The notes below the pieces were generated by a model, which saw only the letters and a program-made list of their open reading frames with translations, was not told the DNA's origin and ran no database searches. From an uncultured candidate division Zixibacteria bacterium (GTDB taxonomy: Bacteria > Zixibacteria > MSB-5A5 > GN15 > PGXB01), in the NCBI GenBank assembly GCA_963702205.1, contig OY969724.1, forward strand, positions 544,001 to 608,000: a DNA stretch of 64,000 bases, written 5' to 3'. Positions 38,258 to 47,241 of this stretch are shown here, in pieces. Position numbers and translations under genes: made by a program. Within the stretch, counting starts at the first letter, position 1, and the number at the start of each line of letters is the position of its first letter.

Positions 38258-40594
38258 ATGGAGTATATCATGGTATTATCGAAAATACTATCGCGCTCAT
38301 ATGCCGGAGCAATAATTACCTTCATATTATTGATCTGTTTTGTCCCCGGTTTGGTCCGGGCGCAGTCGGGCGGACCGTCGGGGAAAATCAAAGGAACCAT
38401 CATGGATGCCGACACGCACGAGCCGATCCCCGGTGCATCGGTTATTCTGGTTGGGACGTCGCAGGGAGCGGCGTCGGATGAAAACGGCGGCTATTTGATT
38501 GACCGGGTTCCGGCCGGGGTATACAATGTTTCCTGCCGGTCGATCGGATTCGACCCCAAAACGCGCACCGACGTGGTTGTCCGCCCGGGCCGAATTACTT
38601 TTGTCGATATTGCGCTTGTCACCGAAGCGGTCGACGTCGGTTCGATCAAAGTGACGGCGGACCTTTTTGACGAAGACGTGCTCGCGCCGGTTTCGAGCCA
38701 GGAGTTCAATTCCGAAGAAATTCGCCGCAATCCGGGTGCAGCGGGAGATATCAGCCGGGTTCTGCAAGCTCTTCCGAGCGCCGCGCAGATCGGCGACGAC
38801 ATCAATGACATTGTCGTGCGCGGCGGCAGTCCGGTCGAAAACGGATTTTATGTCGACAATATATTTGTCCCGAATATCAATCATTTTCCGGTTATAGGCG
38901 CGTCGGGCGGTCCCATCGGTATGTTGAACGTCGATTTTATCGATGACGTTCGTTTTTCGGCGGGCGGTTTTTCCAGCCTTTACGGCGACCGGTTGTCGTC
39001 GATTACGGAAATCTATTATCGTGAGGGAAATACCGATGAGTTCGATGCCCAGCTCGATTTGAACGTAGCCGGTTTCGGTGGTATCATTGAAGGTCCCCTG
39101 CCCCGGAAAAACGGTTCTTACTTTTTGTCGGTTCGGCGAAGCTACCTTGACCTTATTGTCGATGCCATCGGGACCGGCTTTATTCCCCGTTACGGCGACA
39201 TACAGGGCAAAGCCACCTGGGATATCGCCCCGGGTCATAAACTGGACCTGCTCGAATTGTACGGTAACAGTACGGTCGACTTGGACAAAGAAACGTCGAC
39301 AGACGAAGGCATGCCTGAGTACGGCCGGTACGATTCGTTCCAGAACATCGTCGGGCTAAACTGGCACTATCTCTGGAATGCGCCGGGGTACACAACGACT
39401 TCGCTGTCGTATTCCATTTACGACGGAACGGTCGGGTTTTATGACATCACCGACGACAGCCTCGATGTGAGTCACGATTATACGGAGAACGTCATTCGTT
39501 TGCGGACGGTCAGCAATTATTTCCCGTCGCACCGTCACGCTTTCCAGTTCGGCGCCGAATCCGAGTACGGAATCAACCTGTACAATTATGAGTACGGTAA
39601 TTTTCTCGATCGCTATGGCGACCTCCTGCATGGTATAAAAGTAAAGGACGAGCTCGATACCTGGAAGGGGGCATTGTTTTTAAATTACACTTTGCGGCCC
39701 CACCGTCGGATAGAATTGGGAATGGGGGTACGTACGGACTATTTTTCGGCCAATAAAGATTACACGATAGTCCCGCGCACGTCGGCCAAGTACATCTTTT
39801 CGGATAAATTCAATGTGTCGGGGGCGTTCGGGATTTATTATCAAACGCTGCCCACTTTTCTTTTATCTCAGGCCGAAAGCAACCGCGACCTGGTAAGTCC
39901 CCGGACGTACCATTACGTCCTCGCTTTTAATTTCCTGCTGAGGCAGGACACGAGGCTGACGGTCGAATTTTACAATAAAGAATATCGACAGATGCCAATG
40001 GATCCCGACGACCCGGTCAAGTTCGTTTTCGACGACGGTTCCAGCAATAGTCGTTTCGGCCGGTATGACCAACTGGTCGCGACAGGGCAGGCGTTTTCGC
40101 GTGGTGTGGAGCTGCTGGTCCAGAAGAAAATGGCCAGAAACCTATATGGCCTTGTCAGTGCCGCCTTTTTCAAGTCGCGTTATCGCGGTCTGGACGGCGT
40201 CTGGTATGACCGCAACTTTGACAATCAGTACCTGTTTAATATCTTCGGCGGTTACCGACCCAATAAAAAATGGGAGTTGAGCTTTCGGTGGACGTACGCC
40301 GGAGGCATACCATACACTCCATACGATATAGAACAATCCACGGCCGTCAATTCCGGGATCATCGACGTCAACCGCATCAACGACGTCCGTTATCCGGATT
40401 ATCATTCGCTGAAGCTGCGTTTTGATCGGAGATTTTTATACAAGGCGTCGAGTATCGTCATGTATCTCGAACTGTGGAACGTGTACAACCGGGAGAATAC
40501 GGCCTTTTACTATTGGAATAAGGTCGACAACAAGGAGGATTTCGCGCCGATGTGGAGCTTTCTGCCGGTGTTTGGCCTGGAGTATGAATTTTAG
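38258..40594 (+). CDS. TonB-dependent receptor with N-terminal carboxypeptidase-regulatory-like domain
   Basis: GKIKGTIMDADTHEPIPGASV, plug VRGGSPVEN, GGFSSLYGDRLSS, NVYNREN, terminal GLEYEF. Start may be 38270. Confidence 0.92.
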   Translation: MEYIMVLSKILSRSYAGAIITFILLICFVPGLVRAQSGGPSGKIKGTIMDADTHEPIPGASVILVGTSQGAASDENGGYLIDRVPAGVYNVSCRSIGFDPKTRTDVVVRPGRITFVDIALVTEAVDVGSIKVTADLFDEDVLAPVSSQEFNSEEIRRNPGAAGDISRVLQALPSAAQIGDDINDIVVRGGSPVENGFYVDNIFVPNINHFPVIGASGGPIGMLNVDFIDDVRFSAGGFSSLYGDRLSSITEIYYREGNTDEFDAQLDLNVAGFGGIIEGPLPRKNGSYFLSVRRSYLDLIVDAIGTGFIPRYGDIQGKATWDIAPGHKLDLLELYGNSTVDLDKETSTDEGMPEYGRYDSFQNIVGLNWHYLWNAPGYTTTSLSYSIYDGTVGFYDITDDSLDVSHDYTENVIRLRTVSNYFPSHRHAFQFGAESEYGINLYNYEYGNFLDRYGDLLHGIKVKDELDTWKGALFLNYTLRPHRRIELGMGVRTDYFSANKDYTIVPRTSAKYIFSDKFNVSGAFGIYYQTLPTFLLSQAESNRDLVSPRTYHYVLAFNFLLRQDTRLTVEFYNKEYRQMPMDPDDPVKFVFDDGSSNSRFGRYDQLVATGQAFSRGVELLVQKKMARNLYGLVSAAFFKSRYRGLDGVWYDRNFDNQYLFNIFGGYRPNKKWELSFRWTYAGGIPYTPYDIEQSTAVNSGIIDVNRINDVRYPDYHSLKLRFDRRFLYKASSIVMYLELWNVYNRENTAFYYWNKVDNKEDFAPMWSFLPVFGLEYEF

Positions 40595-40605
40595 ATCGAT
40601 TCCGG

Positions 40606-41256
40606 TTATTCTTTGAGCCGGGTGATGTCTTTTTCGTTGCCGATGACAACCATCACGTCGGACTGCTCCAGTTGATAGGTTCCGCCGGGTGCGAAAATAA
40701 TTTTATCCGAGCCCTTGCGGACAGCGACAATCAGGACGCGGTGTTTAGTGCGGATGTGGCTGTCGGCGAGGCTCTTTCCTATCAGTTCATCGGTCGGCCT
40801 TATTTCGGCCACGACGAATTCAGTCGACAACGGCAGGAAGTCGATCAGGTTGGGTTGAACCAGCGCCCGGGCCAGTTTGATGGCCATCTGTTTTTCGGGG
40901 ATCGGGGTTTGAGTCGCCCCGACTTTCATCAGGATGCGGGCGTGATCGGCCGAATTGGCTTTGACGATGATGTTCTTGACGCCCATCTCCTTGAGGTAGA
41001 GTGTAATCAGGATTGAAGCGTGATGGTCCGCGCCGGTGGATACGACGACCGTCTCTGACAACTGCGGTTCGAGGCGGGCCAGGAATTCCTGATTGGTGGC
41101 GTCGCCAATGACGGCCACCAGAGATTCCTGATCACCGAATTTTTGCACTTTCTCGCGGTCGCTGTCGACGGCGGTAACTTTGACATCCAGCTTGGCCAGC
41201 TCCTGCGCCACGGTTGAACCGAAGTTGCCCAGGCCGATTACGGTAAAATGTTTCAT
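40606..41256 (-). CDS. trkA: Trk/Ktr K+ uptake NAD-binding (RCK) subunit
   Basis: VIGLGNFG, GDAT, C-terminal TrkA-C domain. Confidence 0.92.
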   Translation of the reverse strand: MKHFTVIGLGNFGSTVAQELAKLDVKVTAVDSDREKVQKFGDQESLVAVIGDATNQEFLARLEPQLSETVVVSTGADHHASILITLYLKEMGVKNIIVKANSADHARILMKVGATQTPIPEKQMAIKLARALVQPNLIDFLPLSTEFVVAEIRPTDELIGKSLADSHIRTKHRVLIVAVRKGSDKIIFAPGGTYQLEQSDVMVVIGNEKDITRLKE

Positions 41257-41265
41257 GTCTATCTC

Positions 41266-42648
41266 CTAACCCACCATGATATTTTCTTCTTTATATTCGA
41301 TTTCGCCGCGCAGGCCGGGACGGGCCAGCGAGTACGCCAGTGTCAGAAGTCCGATACGCCCGACGAACATGAGTATGACCAACAATATTTTTCCGGTTTC
41401 GTGCAATTTCGGCGTGATTCCCAGCGACAGCCCGACGGTCCCGAAGGCCGAGACGACCTCGAACAGGTTATCGACAAACCACCCCTGACTCAAAGTGTGT
41501 GCCAGCATTTTTTCTTCGGCAAGCATGAACAGGCTGAACATGATGACAATAACAAAAATGGCCAGGACGAACACGGCCAGCGCGCGGCTGTAGGAATCGG
41601 CGCCGATGGTGCGCCGAAACAGGCTGATGTGCCGGAAACCCTGAAAACGCCGCCAGACCAAAAGGGCCACGACGGCAAACGTGGTGGTTTTGATACCGCC
41701 GCCGGTGGAACCCGGACAGGCGCCGATGAACATGAGGATGATGGTCAGCAATATCCCCAGTTCGGTCAGCGACGGCTGCGGAATGGTATTGAAACCGGCG
41801 GTACGACTGGTGACCGCCTGAAAGAACGCATTGACCAGATTGAGCCCCTGTCCGGTCGATTTAAAAAGCTGTTCGTGTTCGGCAATTTTGAATCCGATCG
41901 TCCCGCCGACCAGAAGTATGATTGTCGTCACGAGGCATATTTTGCTGTGCAGCGAAAGAGACAGTTTGCGTCCGACCAGACTGTGATAAAGCTCCATGAT
42001 AACCACGAATCCCAGCCCGCCGAGAATGATCAGTCCGGCAAAGATCAATATGAGCGGGGTATCGCCGCGAAATCCTTCGAGACTGTTGGAAAACGTTGAG
42101 AAACCGGCGTTGCAGAAAGCCGAGATGGCATGAAAGATCGAATAGTACACGGCTTCACCTTCGGGGAAATAACTTCGGAAACGCAAGTACAGCAGTGCCG
42201 CGCCGATCAGTTCGGCCGTAAAGGTCGTCAGCAGTACGGCTTTAAGCAGCGCCCGATAATCGGCGGTGCGGGTTTCACCCAGCGATCCGGATATACCGAG
42301 CCGAAACTGCAGGGGGAGCTTGGCGCCGATACTGAGCACCAGCATAGAGGCCAGAGTCATGACCCCGATGCCTCCGAGCTGAATTAAGACAAGAATAACG
42401 ATCTGGCCGAACATGGAATAATCGTGACCGGTGTCGACGACGACCAGCCCGGTGACGCACACGGCCGACGTCGCCGTGAAGAGAGCATCGACGATGTCGA
42501 TTGGTCCGTGCGCGCCCGATATCGGCAGAGATAAAAGTATAGTACCAATCGCGATCGTTACCAAAAACAGAATCGCGATTCTTCGCTCCGGCCTTATCCC
42601 CAGAAATTCCATAACCGATAAAATATGATTTGTAAAACGACCGTTCAA
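41266..42648 (-). CDS. trkH: Trk/Ktr K+ uptake membrane subunit
   Basis: TATSAVCVTGL, SAFCNAGF, RTAGFN, GSTGGGIK, SAFGTVGLS. Confidence 0.93.
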   Translation of the reverse strand: MNGRFTNHILSVMEFLGIRPERRIAILFLVTIAIGTILLSLPISGAHGPIDIVDALFTATSAVCVTGLVVVDTGHDYSMFGQIVILVLIQLGGIGVMTLASMLVLSIGAKLPLQFRLGISGSLGETRTADYRALLKAVLLTTFTAELIGAALLYLRFRSYFPEGEAVYYSIFHAISAFCNAGFSTFSNSLEGFRGDTPLILIFAGLIILGGLGFVVIMELYHSLVGRKLSLSLHSKICLVTTIILLVGGTIGFKIAEHEQLFKSTGQGLNLVNAFFQAVTSRTAGFNTIPQPSLTELGILLTIILMFIGACPGSTGGGIKTTTFAVVALLVWRRFQGFRHISLFRRTIGADSYSRALAVFVLAIFVIVIMFSLFMLAEEKMLAHTLSQGWFVDNLFEVVSAFGTVGLSLGITPKLHETGKILLVILMFVGRIGLLTLAYSLARPGLRGEIEYKEENIMVG

Positions 42649-42651
42649 GAT

Positions 42652-42678
42652 AAAAGCCGACCGTAATTAACAGTCGGC
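42652..42678 (-). terminator. Putative intrinsic terminator after the aldo/keto reductase gene
   Basis: GCCGAC...GTCGGC hairpin followed by TTTT on the minus strand. Confidence 0.5.
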
Positions 42679-42698
42679 CATTATGAAAATTCGCGTAA

Positions 42699-43739
42699 TC
42701 AGGCCCGGTGGTTGTCGATATTGTCGTATTGACCGGAATAAAGAATGTCTTTGATGAAGTCCCGCTTCAGGAATTCGTGCGGGAAACCGGGTTCTATGGC
42801 GCTGACATCGCTGAGCCGTTGCAGTTTGTCATCCGGGAGAGGCACCTCGAGACAGGACAGGTTGTCGCTCAACTGGTCGGCGGTGCGGGCGCCGATTATG
42901 GGAATTATCAGGCCCGGCTGCCGGCGAACCCAGTTGATGGCTACCTGTGACGGTGTGCAACCGAGTTCTTCGGCTATTTTGACGACTTCGTCGGCGATGG
43001 CGAGATTGTGATCGGTTATCCTGCTCACGGCTTCGCCTTCTTTGTAGCGGGTCGGTTCCGAGTCATTCTTGAGTTTGCTGTATTTGCCGGTCAGGACTCC
43101 CCCGCCCATAGTGCCCCAGGGGGTGACGGCCATATCGAAGGCGCGGGCCATTGGCAGCAGCTCTCTTTCAACCGTCCGTTCGATAAGACTGTATTCGATT
43201 TGAAGCCCGACAAAGCGGCTCCAGCCGCGAAGTTCGGCCAGGGTGTTGGCTCGCGAGACTATCCAGGCCGGGGTGTCGGAGATGCCGATGTACAGCACTT
43301 TTCCGGCGCTGATCAGATCGTCGAACGCCCGCATGACTTCATCGACGGGGGTCAAATAATCCCAGGCGTGCAGCCAGAAAAGATCGACATAATCGGTGTT
43401 GAGGCGTCTGAGGCTGTTTTCCAGAGCCTGGACCATATTTTTGCGGCTGTTGCCGGCCGAGTTGGGGTCTCCGTGATCCATGAAGAGAGTATATTTCGTC
43501 GCCAGGACTATTTTTTGCCGAATGTCGCGGATAAATTCACCGATGTATTCTTCACTGGTTCCATTCGTATAACGGTTGGCGGTGTCGATGAAATTCCCGC
43601 CGGCTTCGACGAATGTATCGAATATTTTTCCACTTTCCCTTTTATCGGCTCCCCATCCCCAGGTCTCACCGAAAGTCATCGCCCCCAGACATAATTCCGA
43701 AACCTTCATTCCGCTGTGTCCCAATAATTTGTATTTCAT
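42699..43739 (-). CDS. Aldo/keto reductase
   Basis: VSELCLGAMTFG, FIDTANRY, ATKY, SLRRLNTDYVDLFWLH, PIIGART. Confidence 0.94.
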   Translation of the reverse strand: MKYKLLGHSGMKVSELCLGAMTFGETWGWGADKRESGKIFDTFVEAGGNFIDTANRYTNGTSEEYIGEFIRDIRQKIVLATKYTLFMDHGDPNSAGNSRKNMVQALENSLRRLNTDYVDLFWLHAWDYLTPVDEVMRAFDDLISAGKVLYIGISDTPAWIVSRANTLAELRGWSRFVGLQIEYSLIERTVERELLPMARAFDMAVTPWGTMGGGVLTGKYSKLKNDSEPTRYKEGEAVSRITDHNLAIADEVVKIAEELGCTPSQVAINWVRRQPGLIIPIIGARTADQLSDNLSCLEVPLPDDKLQRLSDVSAIEPGFPHEFLKRDFIKDILYSGQYDNIDNHRA

Positions 43740-43885
43740 AATACCTCCTTGGCATAAACCGATAAGCGATTTCGTTTACCTAATTGAATATAAGTTAAAC
43801 ATGGCGAATTGGTGTCTTGTTCACGTATTTATACGATACCGGTTGAACCGGAAAACGAGTTCATTGCTTATATGTTAAAGCTGTC

Positions 43886-44221
43886 ATGAAGAAACAACAT
43901 TCAAAATCCGCCCGAGTGGCGATAGGCTTATATTTCATTATATATCTTTGCCTGATTATTCCCTGGCACCTCAGTGCGCACAGCCAGGTAAGTGTTTCCG
44001 AAGCATCGACGTGGACAACGGGTGTGGAGTATCAGAATGTCCATGATGCGCGCAATTGCCAGATTTGTGTTACTTCGGGGCACGTGGCGGTCCAGCTTTC
44101 GGAGAACGATTTCACACCGATACAGGATTTTGAATTTGAACAAGTCCGCGAAATAGATCTTATATTCACGAATTTTCAAGTAAGACATAATCCGTCGAGG
44201 GCTCCCCCGGCCGTCGCATAG
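43886..44221 (+). CDS. DUF2946-like (CruR/CutF-like) leader protein with CxxC and C-terminal RAPP
   Basis: N-terminal TM/signal segment ending PWH, HDARNCQIC, C-terminal PSRAPPAVA; 56 nt upstream of metal-uptake genes. Confidence 0.8.
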   Translation: MKKQHSKSARVAIGLYFIIYLCLIIPWHLSAHSQVSVSEASTWTTGVEYQNVHDARNCQICVTSGHVAVQLSENDFTPIQDFEFEQVREIDLIFTNFQVRHNPSRAPPAVA

Positions 44222-44277
44222 TCTGTTACGCTTCTTTAAATACATACATTTTAAAATTTCTTCCGACGGAGACCAAT

Positions 44278-45411
44278 ATGTCTATTAGAATTTTGTTTTT
44301 TATTGGTGGACTAATGTTTGCGGCCGGGGCGATTTCGGCTCAAACCACACTGAATCCGGATTTGAGCGCCGTGGGGGACTTCCGGGCATACAGTCACAAC
44401 GACAAAACGCGGCCCGATGAATCCGAGAAATTCAACCTGGCCGATCCCGCGATGGAAATAAACGTAGTCGGTTATTTGAATCCGTACGCACGAGCCGACA
44501 TGGTCGTGGGCTGGGAGGAAGGAACCAACGCCGACATCGAAGAAGTTTATGCCACGATACTTCGCGGACTGCCGCTTAATGCCAACCTCCGCGTCGGTAA
44601 GTACCTTCTGGAATTCGGCAGACTGAATTCGGTCCATCCCCACGCTTATTCGTTTATCAAGCGACCGTTGGTGCACGAAATGTTTTTTGGCGAGGAGGGG
44701 CTATCCGATATGGCCGTGCGCGCCTCGTTTCTTCTGCCGACCGGGAATGCCTATACGGAAATTATGGGTGCCGTTTTGAAAGGCGATGCGTTGATACCCG
44801 ATCAACCCGAAGAAGGTGAAGACGCGGTGGCTGAAGAATCCGAATCGGCCGAGAAACGTCACGACCCCGGGTTTTTCGGTCGCGTGGCGACGTCGGTGGC
44901 GCTGTCGGACGTTTCGGAACTGGCTTTGGGGACTTCCGTATTGAACGAAGTTTACGCTCTGGCCGAACACGACGAAGCGGAAGAATCCACAGTGGAGCCG
45001 GATCAACTTCGCGCCTGGGTGTTCGGTGGTGATGCCAAATTCAAAAGTAAGCCGTCGCGCTATCGGACGTTTCAGATCGAGGGTGAATTTCTCGCTCGTG
45101 TCGACAAACAGCAGGATGGCGGGAATATAAAATCATACGGCGGTTACGGTTATCTTGACTATCGTTTCAGGCAGAAGTACAATGTCGGCGGGATTTTCGA
45201 ACGGGTCAGCCGCAAGGAATCCGGTGCCGGTAAAATCATTATCACGAAGGTGACCCGCACGGGTTTGTTCGTCGGATTCGCACCCGTCGAAGAGACCAGC
45301 CTGGTACGATTGGCGGGACATTATACCGAGCCGGATGAAGGCGACGGCTTCTGGGAGCTGACGCTGCAGTTGATTGTCAGTCTCGGTCCTCACAAACCAC
45401 ATAACTTTTAG
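44278..45411 (+). CDS. Outer-membrane beta-barrel associated with metal ABC uptake
   Basis: Signal peptide, LNPDLSAVGD, FGRLNSVHPH, C-terminal GPHKPHNF, acidic loops. Confidence 0.8.
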   Translation: MSIRILFFIGGLMFAAGAISAQTTLNPDLSAVGDFRAYSHNDKTRPDESEKFNLADPAMEINVVGYLNPYARADMVVGWEEGTNADIEEVYATILRGLPLNANLRVGKYLLEFGRLNSVHPHAYSFIKRPLVHEMFFGEEGLSDMAVRASFLLPTGNAYTEIMGAVLKGDALIPDQPEEGEDAVAEESESAEKRHDPGFFGRVATSVALSDVSELALGTSVLNEVYALAEHDEAEESTVEPDQLRAWVFGGDAKFKSKPSRYRTFQIEGEFLARVDKQQDGGNIKSYGGYGYLDYRFRQKYNVGGIFERVSRKESGAGKIIITKVTRTGLFVGFAPVEETSLVRLAGHYTEPDEGDGFWELTLQLIVSLGPHKPHNF

Positions 45412-45420
45412 GAGACAGCC

Positions 45421-46299
45421 ATGTTTAAGAATCTTCTTTTAATAGCATCAATGGTGCTCTTGCCGATTTTGAGCGCGGCCAAAGTGAACGTGGTCGCTTC
45501 GATATCCGATCTGGCCTATTTTGCGCGTGAGATCGGCGGCGACTATGTCAACGTCGAGACGATTGCGGCTCCCAAGTCCGATCCTCATTTCGTCGAGGTC
45601 CGCCCGAGTTATATGGTTAAAGTCAAAAAGGCGGATATGGTGCTTAAGGTCGGGATGGAGCTGGATATGTGGATGGACCAAATAATTGACGGTTCCCGCC
45701 ACGGTCATCTGGAAATTGTCGATTGCTCCGAACATATTAATCGCCTGGAGGTGCCGTCGTACAAAGTTGACGCGCGTTACGGTGACATCCACCGTTTCGG
45801 CAATCCCCACTACTGGTTGGACCCGGATAATGCCGAGCCGATTGCCGAGTCGGTACGCGACGGTTTGCTTTCGGTTGATCCGGACCACGCCGAAGTATTC
45901 CGGCAAAACTATGAACAACTGGTCGAGAAAATTCGGGCCGATATAAAGGAGCTTGGTATTCAGGCGGCCAGCCTGAAGGGTGAGGAAATTATCTTTTACC
46001 ATAATTCATGGCCATACTTCAGCAAGTTTACAGGTGTAAAAGAGGCCGGATTTATCGAGCCGTACCCGGGTGTGGCGCCATCGCCGGGTCATATCAAAGA
46101 AATAATCGATCTGGTCAAGGCCAGGGGTATCAAGACTATCGCCATTGAGCCGTACTTCGATAAGAGGGTGCCGGACAAAATTGCGGCATCGACCGGGGCG
46201 AAAGTAGTGGTGCTTTATCCTTCAATCGGCGGCCGGGATGCAAATGAATCGTACATGGATTGGCTCGGCTACAACATCAACGCCTTGAAGGAGAATTAA
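45421..46299 (+). CDS. Zn/Mn ABC substrate-binding protein (ZnuA/TroA family)
   Basis: DPHFVE, GNPHYWLDP, YHNSW His ligands. Confidence 0.92.
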   Translation: MFKNLLLIASMVLLPILSAAKVNVVASISDLAYFAREIGGDYVNVETIAAPKSDPHFVEVRPSYMVKVKKADMVLKVGMELDMWMDQIIDGSRHGHLEIVDCSEHINRLEVPSYKVDARYGDIHRFGNPHYWLDPDNAEPIAESVRDGLLSVDPDHAEVFRQNYEQLVEKIRADIKELGIQAASLKGEEIIFYHNSWPYFSKFTGVKEAGFIEPYPGVAPSPGHIKEIIDLVKARGIKTIAIEPYFDKRVPDKIAASTGAKVVVLYPSIGGRDANESYMDWLGYNINALKEN

Positions 46300-46303
46300 T
46301 TAT

Positions 46304-47110
46304 ATGGAATACTGGGAGTTTTTATTGTGGCCCTTTTTGGCCGCGGTGGTGCTGGTCGGGATACATGTCTATTTCGGTCTCCACGTCATACGCCGGGGGA
46401 TCATATTCGTCGATTTATCCCTCGCCCAGATCGCGGCACTGGGCATGACGGTTTCATTTTTGTTCGGATATGCCTCCGATAGTATTACTTCGTACCTGTT
46501 CTCGCTTGGATTCGCTTTGGTGGGAAGTTTCATTTTTACCTTAACCCGAAATATGAAGCACAAGGTGCCGCAGGAGGCGATTATCGGTATCGTGTATGCC
46601 GTCAGTTCAGCGGCGGCAATTTTGGCTGTCAGTCATTCCCCGGAAGGTGCCGAACATATTCGGTACCTTCTGGTCGGCAGCGTTTTAACCGTCAGTCCCG
46701 ATATCGTCGCCAGGACGGCCGGCTTGTATGCACTGGTCGGGCTGTTTCATTGGTTTGCCCGGTCACGCTTTCTGACTCTGACATTCGAGGAAAAGATCGT
46801 GCCGAAAAGCACCTTTTGGGATTTCCTGTTTTATGCCAGTTTTGCCGTGGTCGTGACGTCATCGGTCAAAATCTGCGGAGTCCTGCTGGTTTTTATCTTT
46901 TTGGTGGTGCCGTCGGTATTCGCCGCTTTAATAACGGAAAAGATAGGTAAAAGACTGACGCTGGGCTGGGTTTTCGGCCTGGTCGGCTCGGCTTTGGGAA
47001 TAATTTTCTCTTTCAAGTTCGATACTCCCACCGGGGCCAGTATCGTCGCGACTTTTGGGGGATTGTTGCTGTTATATTCCATTTTCAAGAAGGTTTTGAA
47101 GATCATATAG
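46304..47110 (+). CDS. Metal ABC permease (ZnuB/ABC-3 family)
   Basis: GLHVIRRGIIFVDLSLAQIAALG, EAIIGIVY, GVLLVFIFLVVP, DTPTGASIV. Confidence 0.9.
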   Translation: MEYWEFLLWPFLAAVVLVGIHVYFGLHVIRRGIIFVDLSLAQIAALGMTVSFLFGYASDSITSYLFSLGFALVGSFIFTLTRNMKHKVPQEAIIGIVYAVSSAAAILAVSHSPEGAEHIRYLLVGSVLTVSPDIVARTAGLYALVGLFHWFARSRFLTLTFEEKIVPKSTFWDFLFYASFAVVVTSSVKICGVLLVFIFLVVPSVFAALITEKIGKRLTLGWVFGLVGSALGIIFSFKFDTPTGASIVATFGGLLLLYSIFKKVLKII

Positions 47111-47241
47111 TAAAAAGACGAATGAAATTAAGAGAATTTGCCATAGGTCCGAAAATAGATATATAATCGGCGTATAATGCTATATATTATGGGCCGTTTT
47201 TAAGTGGCATTTTGAAAGGAAGATTAAACAGGATTTCAACT

